A DNA stretch of 64,000 bases, from NCBI GenBank assembly GCA_031267825.1, contig JAIRYJ010000033.1, positions 32,519 through 96,518 of the forward strand, written 5' to 3'. The notes below the pieces were generated by a model. It was not told the DNA's origin. It saw nothing but the letters and a program-made list of their open reading frames with translations, and made no database searches. The stretch comes from Bifidobacteriaceae bacterium (lineage in GTDB: Bacteria; Actinomycetota; Actinomycetes; Actinomycetales; WQXJ01). The translations under genes and the position numbers were made by a program. Below are positions 18,415 through 26,447 of the stretch, in pieces. Position 1 is the stretch's first letter; each line of letters begins with the position of its first letter.

Positions 18415-19944
18415 CTAATCCTCCACAATCTCCTGGCCGTCTGTCTCGGGTGCTGGCCACTCTTCCCGGTCCGGCGGCGTCCGCCCCCTGGAACTGTCTG
18501 TCTCGGGTGCTGGCAACTCTTCCCAGTCAGGCGGCGTCCGCCTCCTGGGGTTGTCCACCCCGGGTCCCGCCCGCCTCGCGGAACCATCCACCCCGGGCCC
18601 GGCTCGCCTCCGGGGCCGACTCGCGTCTCGTGTCGGCCAGTCATCCCCGTCAGGTCGCTCCTGTCCCGTCCGCCCGGCACCCCGTCCAGCCGCGGCGCCA
18701 TCGCGAGTAGCGCCGGTGGCATCTCGAGCACCACCCCGAGCCCCATCCAGAACGGTGGCCTGGCGCCGGCGGCGCCGACCCCTGAACACACTGGCCAAGC
18801 CAGCTAAACAAGCCACCACGATCAGCACCAAGCCAAGCCAAAACCAGGCGGCCAAGCGAAGCGTGACTTGACCGGTGGCGGCGGCTGGAGGGACGGCATC
18901 GTCCTGTTGACTGACAAGCGCGGCCCCAACCGAGACACGCCCTGTCACCTCAAACACCGCGAACACGCCATCAAGCGTCACCGCCCGGTCCAACCGCGAC
19001 CCTGGCAGCAACTCCGGCAAGTCGGCTGCCTCTCCGGCTAGCCCGCCAATCCCAGCCCAGCCGTCAAAACTGACCCGCTCAGTTGGGATTAGCCGAGTGT
19101 TGCCGGTGTTGGCCAGCTTGTAACGCAGATCGGCCCGCCCCCAGCCTGGCCTGCCCGGCGCTGGCGTCCAACGCATCCACACGTCTGTCACTTGCAAGGC
19201 TGGCGCGGCCGGGCCCGCCACGTTGACATAGGCCAGCACCGCGGTGGGCGGATCACTCAGCGGGTTACCCTGACTGGCGCCGTCCGTTTGTGTCTCAGCC
19301 AGGGCCGTCACCAAACCGGCGGCGTAATCGCCTGGGCTGGCATCAGCGGGCACCGTCACCTGGAACGGCACCGTGGCCGATGCTCCCGGGGCAAGCGTCA
19401 ACCTGATCGAGGCCTCGGTCGAGGTGTTGCCTTGCCCGCCGGACCGCCCAAAGGTGATCCAGTTACCGGCCCCGACGCGGGGTTGGCTGGCTGCCCCCAG
19501 CTCAGTTTGCCCGTCGCCGCCGGTGCGTCCGTCAACCGCGTAAATCCGCAGGTCAAGTGGCACGTCGCTGTTTGAGGTCAGTACGATGCCGTCCACCATG
19601 GTTCCGTCACCCGCCAGGTTGTAGTTGACGCTTGTCCGTTTCGTCCCATCAGCGTCATCTACTGGTGCCACCACCCAGGCGGTCTTGGCGCTGTCCGCTT
19701 CTTGGGGCTGCCCCGCCGCGGCCCCCGCTCTTTGTGGATGCCCTAGCGAAGCGATCGCATCTTGAGGCTGTCCCACCGAAGTCGCCATCTCTTGGGGCCG
19801 TCCTGCCGCAGCGCCCGCGACTCCCGCTATTCCGGTCTGTGCCGCGCCTGAACTGTCCGCCCAGGCGCCTGTCAGCGCCAATGCGGCCGCCAAGACCCCC
19901 ACCACCCGGACCTGTCTACTAGGCCGACCGCATCTAACTCTCAC
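18415..19944 (-). CDS. Secreted, C-terminally membrane-anchored protein with a repeat-rich cytoplasmic tail
   Basis: 509 aa. Signal peptide (VLAAALALTGAWA), a beta-rich ectodomain, a TM segment (FWLGLVLIVVACLAGLASVF), then an Arg/Pro-rich repeated tail. Confidence 0.6.
   Translation of the reverse strand: MRVRCGRPSRQVRVVGVLAAALALTGAWADSSGAAQTGIAGVAGAAAGRPQEMATSVGQPQDAIASLGHPQRAGAAAGQPQEADSAKTAWVVAPVDDADGTKRTSVNYNLAGDGTMVDGIVLTSNSDVPLDLRIYAVDGRTGGDGQTELGAASQPRVGAGNWITFGRSGGQGNTSTEASIRLTLAPGASATVPFQVTVPADASPGDYAAGLVTALAETQTDGASQGNPLSDPPTAVLAYVNVAGPAAPALQVTDVWMRWTPAPGRPGWGRADLRYKLANTGNTRLIPTERVSFDGWAGIGGLAGEAADLPELLPGSRLDRAVTLDGVFAVFEVTGRVSVGAALVSQQDDAVPPAAATGQVTLRLAAWFWLGLVLIVVACLAGLASVFRGRRRRRQATVLDGARGGARDATGATRDGAAAGRGAGRTGQERPDGDDWPTRDASRPRRRAGPGVDGSARRAGPGVDNPRRRTPPDWEELPAPETDSSRGRTPPDREEWPAPETDGQEIVED
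18439..18613. repeat. Coding tandem repeats (2 x about 55 bp, then 2 x 32 bp)
   Basis: gtctgtctcgggtgctggcMactcttccc... occurs twice (18439-18548), then ...tccaccccgggYcc... twice (18550-18613). They encode RTPPDxEEWPAPETD and RRAGPGVD repeats. Confidence 0.75.
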
Positions 19945-20051
19945 GCCATCAATACTGCTACGTCAGATGGCTTTCAACCACAAACTCGAATCGAGCGCCG
20001 CGAGTTGCCTGCCCTAATGCGGGCACATGCCATCCGACTAGGCTGGGTTTC

Positions 20052-20903
20052 GTGAGTGAAGAAGCAGACCCGCGTTCGGAGGACACCCGATTCGATATTG
20101 ATCCGAGGGAGTATCTCAAAGCTGGGCTTCCCCGCCCGACCTGGGCCGGGCTATTTGAAGGCAGGCTGCCAGAACGCGTTCAAGTACCGGCCGGTCAAAT
20201 CCCTGACCTGTCTCAAGCGACCGCTGACGACGACAGCAACCCGTCGGTTTACACCGCTGTCGATCAAGACGGCCACCCAGTCGAGGTCGCCTTCGGCCGC
20301 ACCCACTACTATCTGACTAGACCAGCCCGTTGGAGTTTCAACACAAAGACTTGCGTCACCAAGACGGACCGCGCCATGCCACTCGGAGTCCTTGACTTAA
20401 CATTCGGCGAGTTCGGCCAAATCAAGCGTGACGGCGTCCACCTGAAACCGACCATAGATACCGCCACCATCGTCACCATTGACCTTTCTGTGCTCATCGC
20501 CGGGATGCGACCAACAAAGTTCCGCCCCGACGATGCGATCTTCGTATCAGCGGCCTTAGCCGTGGAGACCGCAAAGATACAGGCCTGGTACCCGCGGACA
20601 CCAATGCCTGGCCGAGGCGGAGCTACCTGGCGGCTGACAGTGCCAGTACCCATAGACACTGAAGTGGTCTTCGTCTACGAGAGATTAGTCCCACACGAGG
20701 CCGACAACCCAGAAATGCTTGAACGGGTTGACCTGCTATGTGCCGCCACGGCAATCGTTTACCGCTCTCCGATGTACACCACCAAGCCAGAAGCCTATAA
20801 GGGACTCAGCAAAGACCTGAAAGTCATCAAATATGGGGAAACCCGCAACCCTGACGCCCAAGACGAGGTCGCATGGCAACAGATAGTCGCTGGGCGGCGC
20901 TAA
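20052..20903 (+). CDS. Hypothetical protein (283 aa), no recognisable domain; partner of the downstream STAND NTPase
   Basis: Clean ORF with a GTG start. A decayed paralogous copy lies at 25690-26286. Confidence 0.6.
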   Translation: MSEEADPRSEDTRFDIDPREYLKAGLPRPTWAGLFEGRLPERVQVPAGQIPDLSQATADDDSNPSVYTAVDQDGHPVEVAFGRTHYYLTRPARWSFNTKTCVTKTDRAMPLGVLDLTFGEFGQIKRDGVHLKPTIDTATIVTIDLSVLIAGMRPTKFRPDDAIFVSAALAVETAKIQAWYPRTPMPGRGGATWRLTVPVPIDTEVVFVYERLVPHEADNPEMLERVDLLCAATAIVYRSPMYTTKPEAYKGLSKDLKVIKYGETRNPDAQDEVAWQQIVAGRR

Positions 20904-21022
20904 CCGTCCACAGGATGGGGCCTTCGAGTGGTTCACAACTCGCGGTTCACTGCTGGTTGGGTACTACTGGTCAGGCACTGTTTGTTGGGCGCGCTGCCCG
21001 CCAAGACGTTAGCGTGTGACTC

Positions 21023-24000
21023 ATGGCCGCAACCGGATCTGAGTCTGTCCGCCCGGGTCCCGGGCGGTCCTCGTTTACGCCTTTTGTGGTTGACCGTCAC
21101 ACCGAGCAACCTGACTGGGATATAGACCAAGCCGTGGCGGGTACCGCTGCGCCCTTGGCAGCCAGGGTGGCCGGAGTTTTGGGGGCTGATCCAGTCGGGT
21201 TGACGGAACCCGGCGCTGCTGGACCGTGGTGGCACCGGCCACGGGAGGACAACACCCGCCAACGGCTCCTGGAACGTTTGGCGGCCCTCGGGGAGGGTTC
21301 CCATCCGGTGGCTGACCAAGGCCGCGGCGTGGAACTGATCTATTGGCTGGGGTACGGCGGGGTGGATGAAACTGGACCGTATGTCGCCGCATCGGACACT
21401 AGTTCAGCCTCTGGCGTTGTTGAGGGACAGATCACCGCGCGGGAATTCGGCGATTGTCTGACAAAGATCCTGGAACGCGGCGGCCTGTTCCCTGTGTTGA
21501 TATTGGACATCCGCCACGGCGAGGCGTTCCTAGATGGCGTGCGGGCTGTCTTGGAGGAAGCCGCCATGCGGCACGGTAACGGCGGCGGCACTTGTAGCGA
21601 TGATCCATTCAGCCGCTATCTTCTGCTGACGGCCCCAACCCGGGGAAACGCCGCATTACCAGGTGAAACGCCTGGACGGATGCTGGACTTGATCAGCTAT
21701 GTGTTCCGGACAGAAACCCAGCTACCGGTCGCTGACCTGCTGGAGCGGATCAAACCAGAACAATTGATACACCACGAGGGTGCGGGGACACCTGAGCTGA
21801 TTCTCCAGTTGGACCAGGTTATGCCGCCACTGGGCCAGTCACTGGCTGACCAGGACAGTTTCAAGCTGACCGTTCAGGCCGCCGGGACAGGCATCACCGG
21901 TTTCTTCCAGCGAGGAGCTAGCTGGGAGGCAACAGCTGGCGAACTGGTATTGGATTTCACTGGCCGGGATGAGGAACGCGAGCAGATCGGCCGTTGGGTT
22001 ACTTCTGGCGAGGGCGGTCTGCTGGCAGTCGTGGGGGATCCGGGAACTGGCAAGTCGGCCCTGCTGGGGGATGTGGTGATGCGTGCCTCAGGTCCGCTCC
22101 GCCAAGCGTTGATTGATGCCGGTTTAGCTGAACCGTCGCAATGGGATGACATCCTGGCGGAGCACGGCTGGACGGCCACGGTGAACTTGACTGGGCTGGA
22201 TGCGGCCGAAGCGGCCGAAAGGCTGGGCGCTGAAGCGTTCAAAGACGATTGGGGCGAAGTCACGGCCGAAGCGGAGGACTGGTTGGCTAATGAAGGGCTG
22301 ACTGATGATTGGGCTAAAGCCGAATCCGCCAGGCAACGCGACCCTGTTAGGCGTTTGTTGTCGCTGGCGGACCAGGCGGAAGACCAGCGATTAGTGTTCA
22401 TTGTTGATGGTTTGGATGAATCGGTCCGGCCGTTCGAAGTGGCCGCCGACTTGTTATGTCCTCTAGCCAGGACCGGGTGGGTCACTGTGGTGGTCGGTAC
22501 AGGCCGATCCGTCAATTCCCAATCAGGCCAGACCGAGTTTGGTCCGTTTGATCTGGTGAACGCGCTAAACCCAGCCATGGTGATAGAACTCGACCGGGAC
22601 GCGGCGTCAATGCGCCGCTATCTGGCCGCCCGCCTGCTGCGAAAACTGGCGCCCGGGGCCGCCGCATCGAACGGAGACGATCCGCTAGGCGTACTGGTTG
22701 ACGACTTCGCCGGGCTAGTGGCCTCAGTTGCGGGACAGCCGTTCCTGTTCGCCCGGCTTTGCGCCGCTGAGGTTGAAACCGCCGACGACCCAGTGGCGTT
22801 GATGGAAGAGGCCTTGTCTGATGGTTTGGAACGAACTGTTGGTGGTGGTTGCGCGGAGGTATTCGGGCGCGCGCTGGACCGGATCGAGGCGGCCGCGCCA
22901 GGTAACCGGGCCCTGTTGGAGGCATTGGTTTTGAGTCTGGGACGGGGCGTGCCGCTGCGGGACAGTGTTTGGGCCACGATGGCGAAGGGGCTGGCCCCAG
23001 CGGGTGCACGGCTTGAGGCGGATACGGTTTTGGGTTTGTTGAAATCCCAGGCCAGCGCCTACATCCGCGCGGACATTGATTTGGGCCAGACTGTCTACCG
23101 GTTAGCGCACCGGTCTTTCGCGGAAACGGTCATGACACGGATGGCTTGTGGCGAGGCAAACCCGCCAGGTGCGGTCCGCTCAGCGCACCAGCGGGTCGTG
23201 GAAGCGCTGACCTTTGACGTTTTGGCGGCCCATACCGTGGACGATGCCGCCGGGCAGGCCAACAGCAGAACCGCCGGAGGACGTTGCGCAAGACCCATCC
23301 CGGACCAAGTTGACGCGACGCGGGCAAGTGACTCACCAGCCGAAACGCGGGAGACCGACATCGTTTGGTGTTCCATGAGCCCGTCATCAGACAGGCCACC
23401 AGGCCGCGTCAACCCGTATGTCGCCTATTACTTGCCAGCTCACTGCGGCATGAGTGGCCCCGATGGTTGGGGAATGGTTGAATCTCATCCCGAGGTGTTG
23501 GACTATCTGACGCCGAGCCGGGTGGCATCCTGTGCGCTCGGAGTCGCCAACGGGCCAGATAGGACACTACCGAACGTGGCGGCGGTGGCGGACGAGGAGT
23601 ATTTGCTGGGCCGCCTGGGGGATCTTGATCAGCGGGCACTGGTTCGCGAGTTGCAGGCCTGGTGTTATGGCACACCAGGTGGACGCGATTCAGCCGGGGT
23701 ACAAGGTGACCGGCCGTATGTCGTGTGGGCTGACCTGCTGGTGCACATCCCGCACCGGACCATCATGGGCCGTCAACCGGCGTACGCGTTGACGGCTGTG
23801 AAGGTGGGTGATCGGCCTTTGCTCGCCTCGGGCAGCGTCGACGGCACTGTCAGGCTTTGGGATCCGGTGACAGGTGAACTGGCGGCACCCGCACTCAAGG
23901 GCCACAGCGACGGGGTTGAAGCGCTGGCTGCGGTGGCCTTGCCGAACGGTCAGCGGCTGCTGGCCTCTGGCAGCTTTGATGGCACGGTCAAGCTGTGGGA

Positions 24001-25651
24001 TCTGGCAACCGGCCAACAGATTGGCCCCACATTTGAAGGCACCATCTACGGGTTCAGATCGCTGGCCGCACTGACCATGCCGGACGGTCGGGTGCTGCTT
24101 GCCGGAGGTAGTGACGATGGCACAGTCAGGTTGTGGGATCTGGCGACCTATCAACAGGTCGGCCCTGTGCTCGTCTGTCATTCTGGCCCCGTCGCGGCGT
24201 TGACCTCAGTGACCATGTCAGACGGCCGGGTGTTGCTTGCCTCAGGCGGTTTTGACGGGATGATCCGGTTTTGGGACCCAGTGACCAGCCAACAGGCCGG
24301 GCAAGCGCTCGCGGGTCACGAGAACGGAGTTCTCGCACTGACCACGGTGGCCTTGCCTGATGGCCGGGAACTACTCGCATCCAGCGGCGGTGACGTCACA
24401 TTTCGGTTGTGGGACCTAGTAGCGGGTCAACAGGTCAACCCTTCTTTCGAGGATCGCATCCAGCCGGCTGAAGCGCTGGCCGCGGTGACCGCCGACGGCC
24501 GGGAGTTACTCGTCTCGGGAGACATCGAAGGATTGATCCAATATTGGGATCCGGCTACTGGCGAACGAGTTGGTGGGTCGCTCAAGGGCCACACCACCAT
24601 AGTCAAGGGGCTGACCACAGTGACTGTGGACGGCCAGGGGCTGCTAGCCTCCAGCGGTGATGACGACATAATCCAGTTGTGGGGCCCAGGAACCAACCTG
24701 CGGGATGGTTCCGGACCAAAAGGCCGGGTCGGCCACGTCTGGGCGTTGGCAGCGGTGAACCTGCCGGACGGCCGGGAGCTGCTCGCTTCAGGCGGTGAAC
24801 GCGCCATGATCCGGCTGTGGGACCCGTTGACCGGTCAACAGATGAGCCAAGCGTCTGAGAATCCAACAGGCCAGGACGGAGCGTTGGCGGCGGTTTCAGT
24901 GAACGGCCGGGGATTACTCGTCCGCAGTCTTCCGGACGGCTTGGTTTGGTTATCGGATCCGGTAACTTTCGAGCCGGTTGGTCCCGGATTCAAGAGCCCA
25001 ACTGGCCAGGCTCAAAGATTGGCCTCATTGAACCTGCCCGATGGCCGGACGTTACTGGCCACTGGCGGTGAGGGCGGCACTGTCTGGTTGTGGGATCTAA
25101 CAAGCGACGAACGGGCGGGCCGTCCACTGAGAGATGAAACAGACTGGGTTCTGGCACTGGCCGCGGTAAACCTGCCGGACGGCAGGACACTATTCGCTTC
25201 GGCCAGTAACCATGGAACGATCCGGCTGTGGGATCCTGCGACCTGTGAACAAGCCATCTCGCCGATCAACAGTCACAACGGCTGCGTCTTCGCGCTGGCC
25301 GCTCTGACCATGCCTGACGGCCAGGAACTGCTCGTTTCCGGGGGCGACGACAGGATCATCCGGTTGTGGGATCCGGCAACCGGTGAACTGGCCGCCGCCC
25401 CGCTTAGGGATCAGCCACGCTCGGTAACCGAATTGGCGGCGATTGATCTACCTGACGGCCGACGACTGCTCGCCTCAGGCGGCGGCAACGCGCCGGTTCA
25501 GTTGTGGGGTGCGTCATCGTCCGGTCTCACGCCGCTGGCCGCGATCCACACGGCCACGGGAACTAGTTGCCTCGCCCCAGTTGGTTCAGGTCGGCTTGCC
25601 GTGGGCTTACAAACCGGCCTGGCCGTCTACGACCTCAATAGCATCCCGTAA
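21023..25651 (+). CDS. STAND NTPase: caspase-like N-terminal module + NACHT-type P-loop + helical arm + 14 WD40 repeats
   Basis: 1542 aa. Walker A is GDPGTGKS (22034-22057). Walker B is LVFIVDGLDES (22391-22423). 14 repeats of the type DGRxLLASGsxDGTvRLWD run from about 23770 to 25650, consistent with two 7-bladed propellers. Confidence 0.9.
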   Translation: MAATGSESVRPGPGRSSFTPFVVDRHTEQPDWDIDQAVAGTAAPLAARVAGVLGADPVGLTEPGAAGPWWHRPREDNTRQRLLERLAALGEGSHPVADQGRGVELIYWLGYGGVDETGPYVAASDTSSASGVVEGQITAREFGDCLTKILERGGLFPVLILDIRHGEAFLDGVRAVLEEAAMRHGNGGGTCSDDPFSRYLLLTAPTRGNAALPGETPGRMLDLISYVFRTETQLPVADLLERIKPEQLIHHEGAGTPELILQLDQVMPPLGQSLADQDSFKLTVQAAGTGITGFFQRGASWEATAGELVLDFTGRDEEREQIGRWVTSGEGGLLAVVGDPGTGKSALLGDVVMRASGPLRQALIDAGLAEPSQWDDILAEHGWTATVNLTGLDAAEAAERLGAEAFKDDWGEVTAEAEDWLANEGLTDDWAKAESARQRDPVRRLLSLADQAEDQRLVFIVDGLDESVRPFEVAADLLCPLARTGWVTVVVGTGRSVNSQSGQTEFGPFDLVNALNPAMVIELDRDAASMRRYLAARLLRKLAPGAAASNGDDPLGVLVDDFAGLVASVAGQPFLFARLCAAEVETADDPVALMEEALSDGLERTVGGGCAEVFGRALDRIEAAAPGNRALLEALVLSLGRGVPLRDSVWATMAKGLAPAGARLEADTVLGLLKSQASAYIRADIDLGQTVYRLAHRSFAETVMTRMACGEANPPGAVRSAHQRVVEALTFDVLAAHTVDDAAGQANSRTAGGRCARPIPDQVDATRASDSPAETRETDIVWCSMSPSSDRPPGRVNPYVAYYLPAHCGMSGPDGWGMVESHPEVLDYLTPSRVASCALGVANGPDRTLPNVAAVADEEYLLGRLGDLDQRALVRELQAWCYGTPGGRDSAGVQGDRPYVVWADLLVHIPHRTIMGRQPAYALTAVKVGDRPLLASGSVDGTVRLWDPVTGELAAPALKGHSDGVEALAAVALPNGQRLLASGSFDGTVKLWDLATGQQIGPTFEGTIYGFRSLAALTMPDGRVLLAGGSDDGTVRLWDLATYQQVGPVLVCHSGPVAALTSVTMSDGRVLLASGGFDGMIRFWDPVTSQQAGQALAGHENGVLALTTVALPDGRELLASSGGDVTFRLWDLVAGQQVNPSFEDRIQPAEALAAVTADGRELLVSGDIEGLIQYWDPATGERVGGSLKGHTTIVKGLTTVTVDGQGLLASSGDDDIIQLWGPGTNLRDGSGPKGRVGHVWALAAVNLPDGRELLASGGERAMIRLWDPLTGQQMSQASENPTGQDGALAAVSVNGRGLLVRSLPDGLVWLSDPVTFEPVGPGFKSPTGQAQRLASLNLPDGRTLLATGGEGGTVWLWDLTSDERAGRPLRDETDWVLALAAVNLPDGRTLFASASNHGTIRLWDPATCEQAISPINSHNGCVFALAALTMPDGQELLVSGGDDRIIRLWDPATGELAAAPLRDQPRSVTELAAIDLPDGRRLLASGGGNAPVQLWGASSSGLTPLAAIHTATGTSCLAPVGSGRLAVGLQTGLAVYDLNSIP

Positions 25652-25689
25652 CCCGACCACTGGCGGCATCTCACCCAGTCAGCGATCAG

Positions 25690-26286
25690 CCGAAGCGCGA
25701 TCTCGAGAACTATGACGGGCAAAGGCCGGGCATCCCCGGCCGACCTACACGGGCCAATTCGATGCCAGGCTGCCTGCCCGCGTCCAGTTGCCAGCCGGGC
25801 AGAACCCGGATCTTTCACAAGTGACCGCCGACAGTGACGACAGACCATGGGCGTAAACGGCTGTCGATCAAGACGGCCACCCAGTCGAGGTCGCCTTCAG
25901 CCGCACGCACCACTGCCTGACTAGACCGGCCCGTTGGAGCTTCAACACAAAGACTCCCGTCACCGAGACGGCCCGCGCCGTCCCACTCGGAGTCCTTGAC
26001 TTAACATTCGGCGAGTTCGGCCAAATCAAGCGTGACGGCGTCCACCTGAAACCGACCATGGATACCGCCGCCACCGTCACAATCGACCTATCCGTCGAAA
26101 CTGGAACAGGTCGATTTCCTGTGTGCCGCCACGGCTATCGTTTACCGCTCTGAGATGTATTCCCTCAGGCCTGAAGTCTATAAGGGACTCAGCCAAGACC
26201 TGATAGTCATCGAGTATGGCGAAACCCGCAACCCTGACGCCCAAGTCCCGGACTCATTGGAGTCCTTCTTCCCTGACCTGTCCTAA
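25690..26286 (+). pseudogene. Decayed paralogue of the 283-aa gene at 20052-20903
   Basis: About 90% nucleotide identity by eye over the aligned core (25861-26095 vs 20256-20490), including a roughly 78-nt identical block. In-frame TAA at 25854-25856. A deletion of about 230 bp relative to 20490-20715 causes a frameshift. Confidence 0.75.
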
Positions 26287-26350
26287 AGAACAATCGGACG
26301 TCAGGATACAAAACGTCACCGGCCCGCCAATAGCCAGGCCACCAAATGAA

Positions 26351-26382
26351 GGTGGCCCCGGCGCCTAAGCGCCGGGGCCACC
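26351..26382 (-). terminator. Strong hairpin downstream of cydB
   Basis: GGTGGCCCCGGCGC-ctaa-GCGCCGGGGCCACC, a 14-bp perfect stem. On the minus strand it is followed by TTCATTTGG. Confidence 0.6.
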
Positions 26383-26447
26383 CGGAACAGTGCTGAGGAG
26401 GTGATTCCCGCCTCAGACTTGACTAGATCGCTAGATCAGCTTCAGAC

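Noticed and set aside
21874-25269. Numerous 60-234-aa ORFs antisense to, or out of frame with, the STAND/WD40 gene
   Set aside because: The 1542-aa plus-strand frame has coherent NTPase motifs and 14 regular WD40 repeats. The others are shadow ORFs.
19945-26447. Integrase, transposase, tRNA or att-type direct repeats defining a mobile island around the STAND locus
   Set aside because: I found no recombinase-like ORF and no tRNA. The only flanking direct repeats are the two copies of the 283-aa gene themselves. Mobility is therefore not supported from this window.
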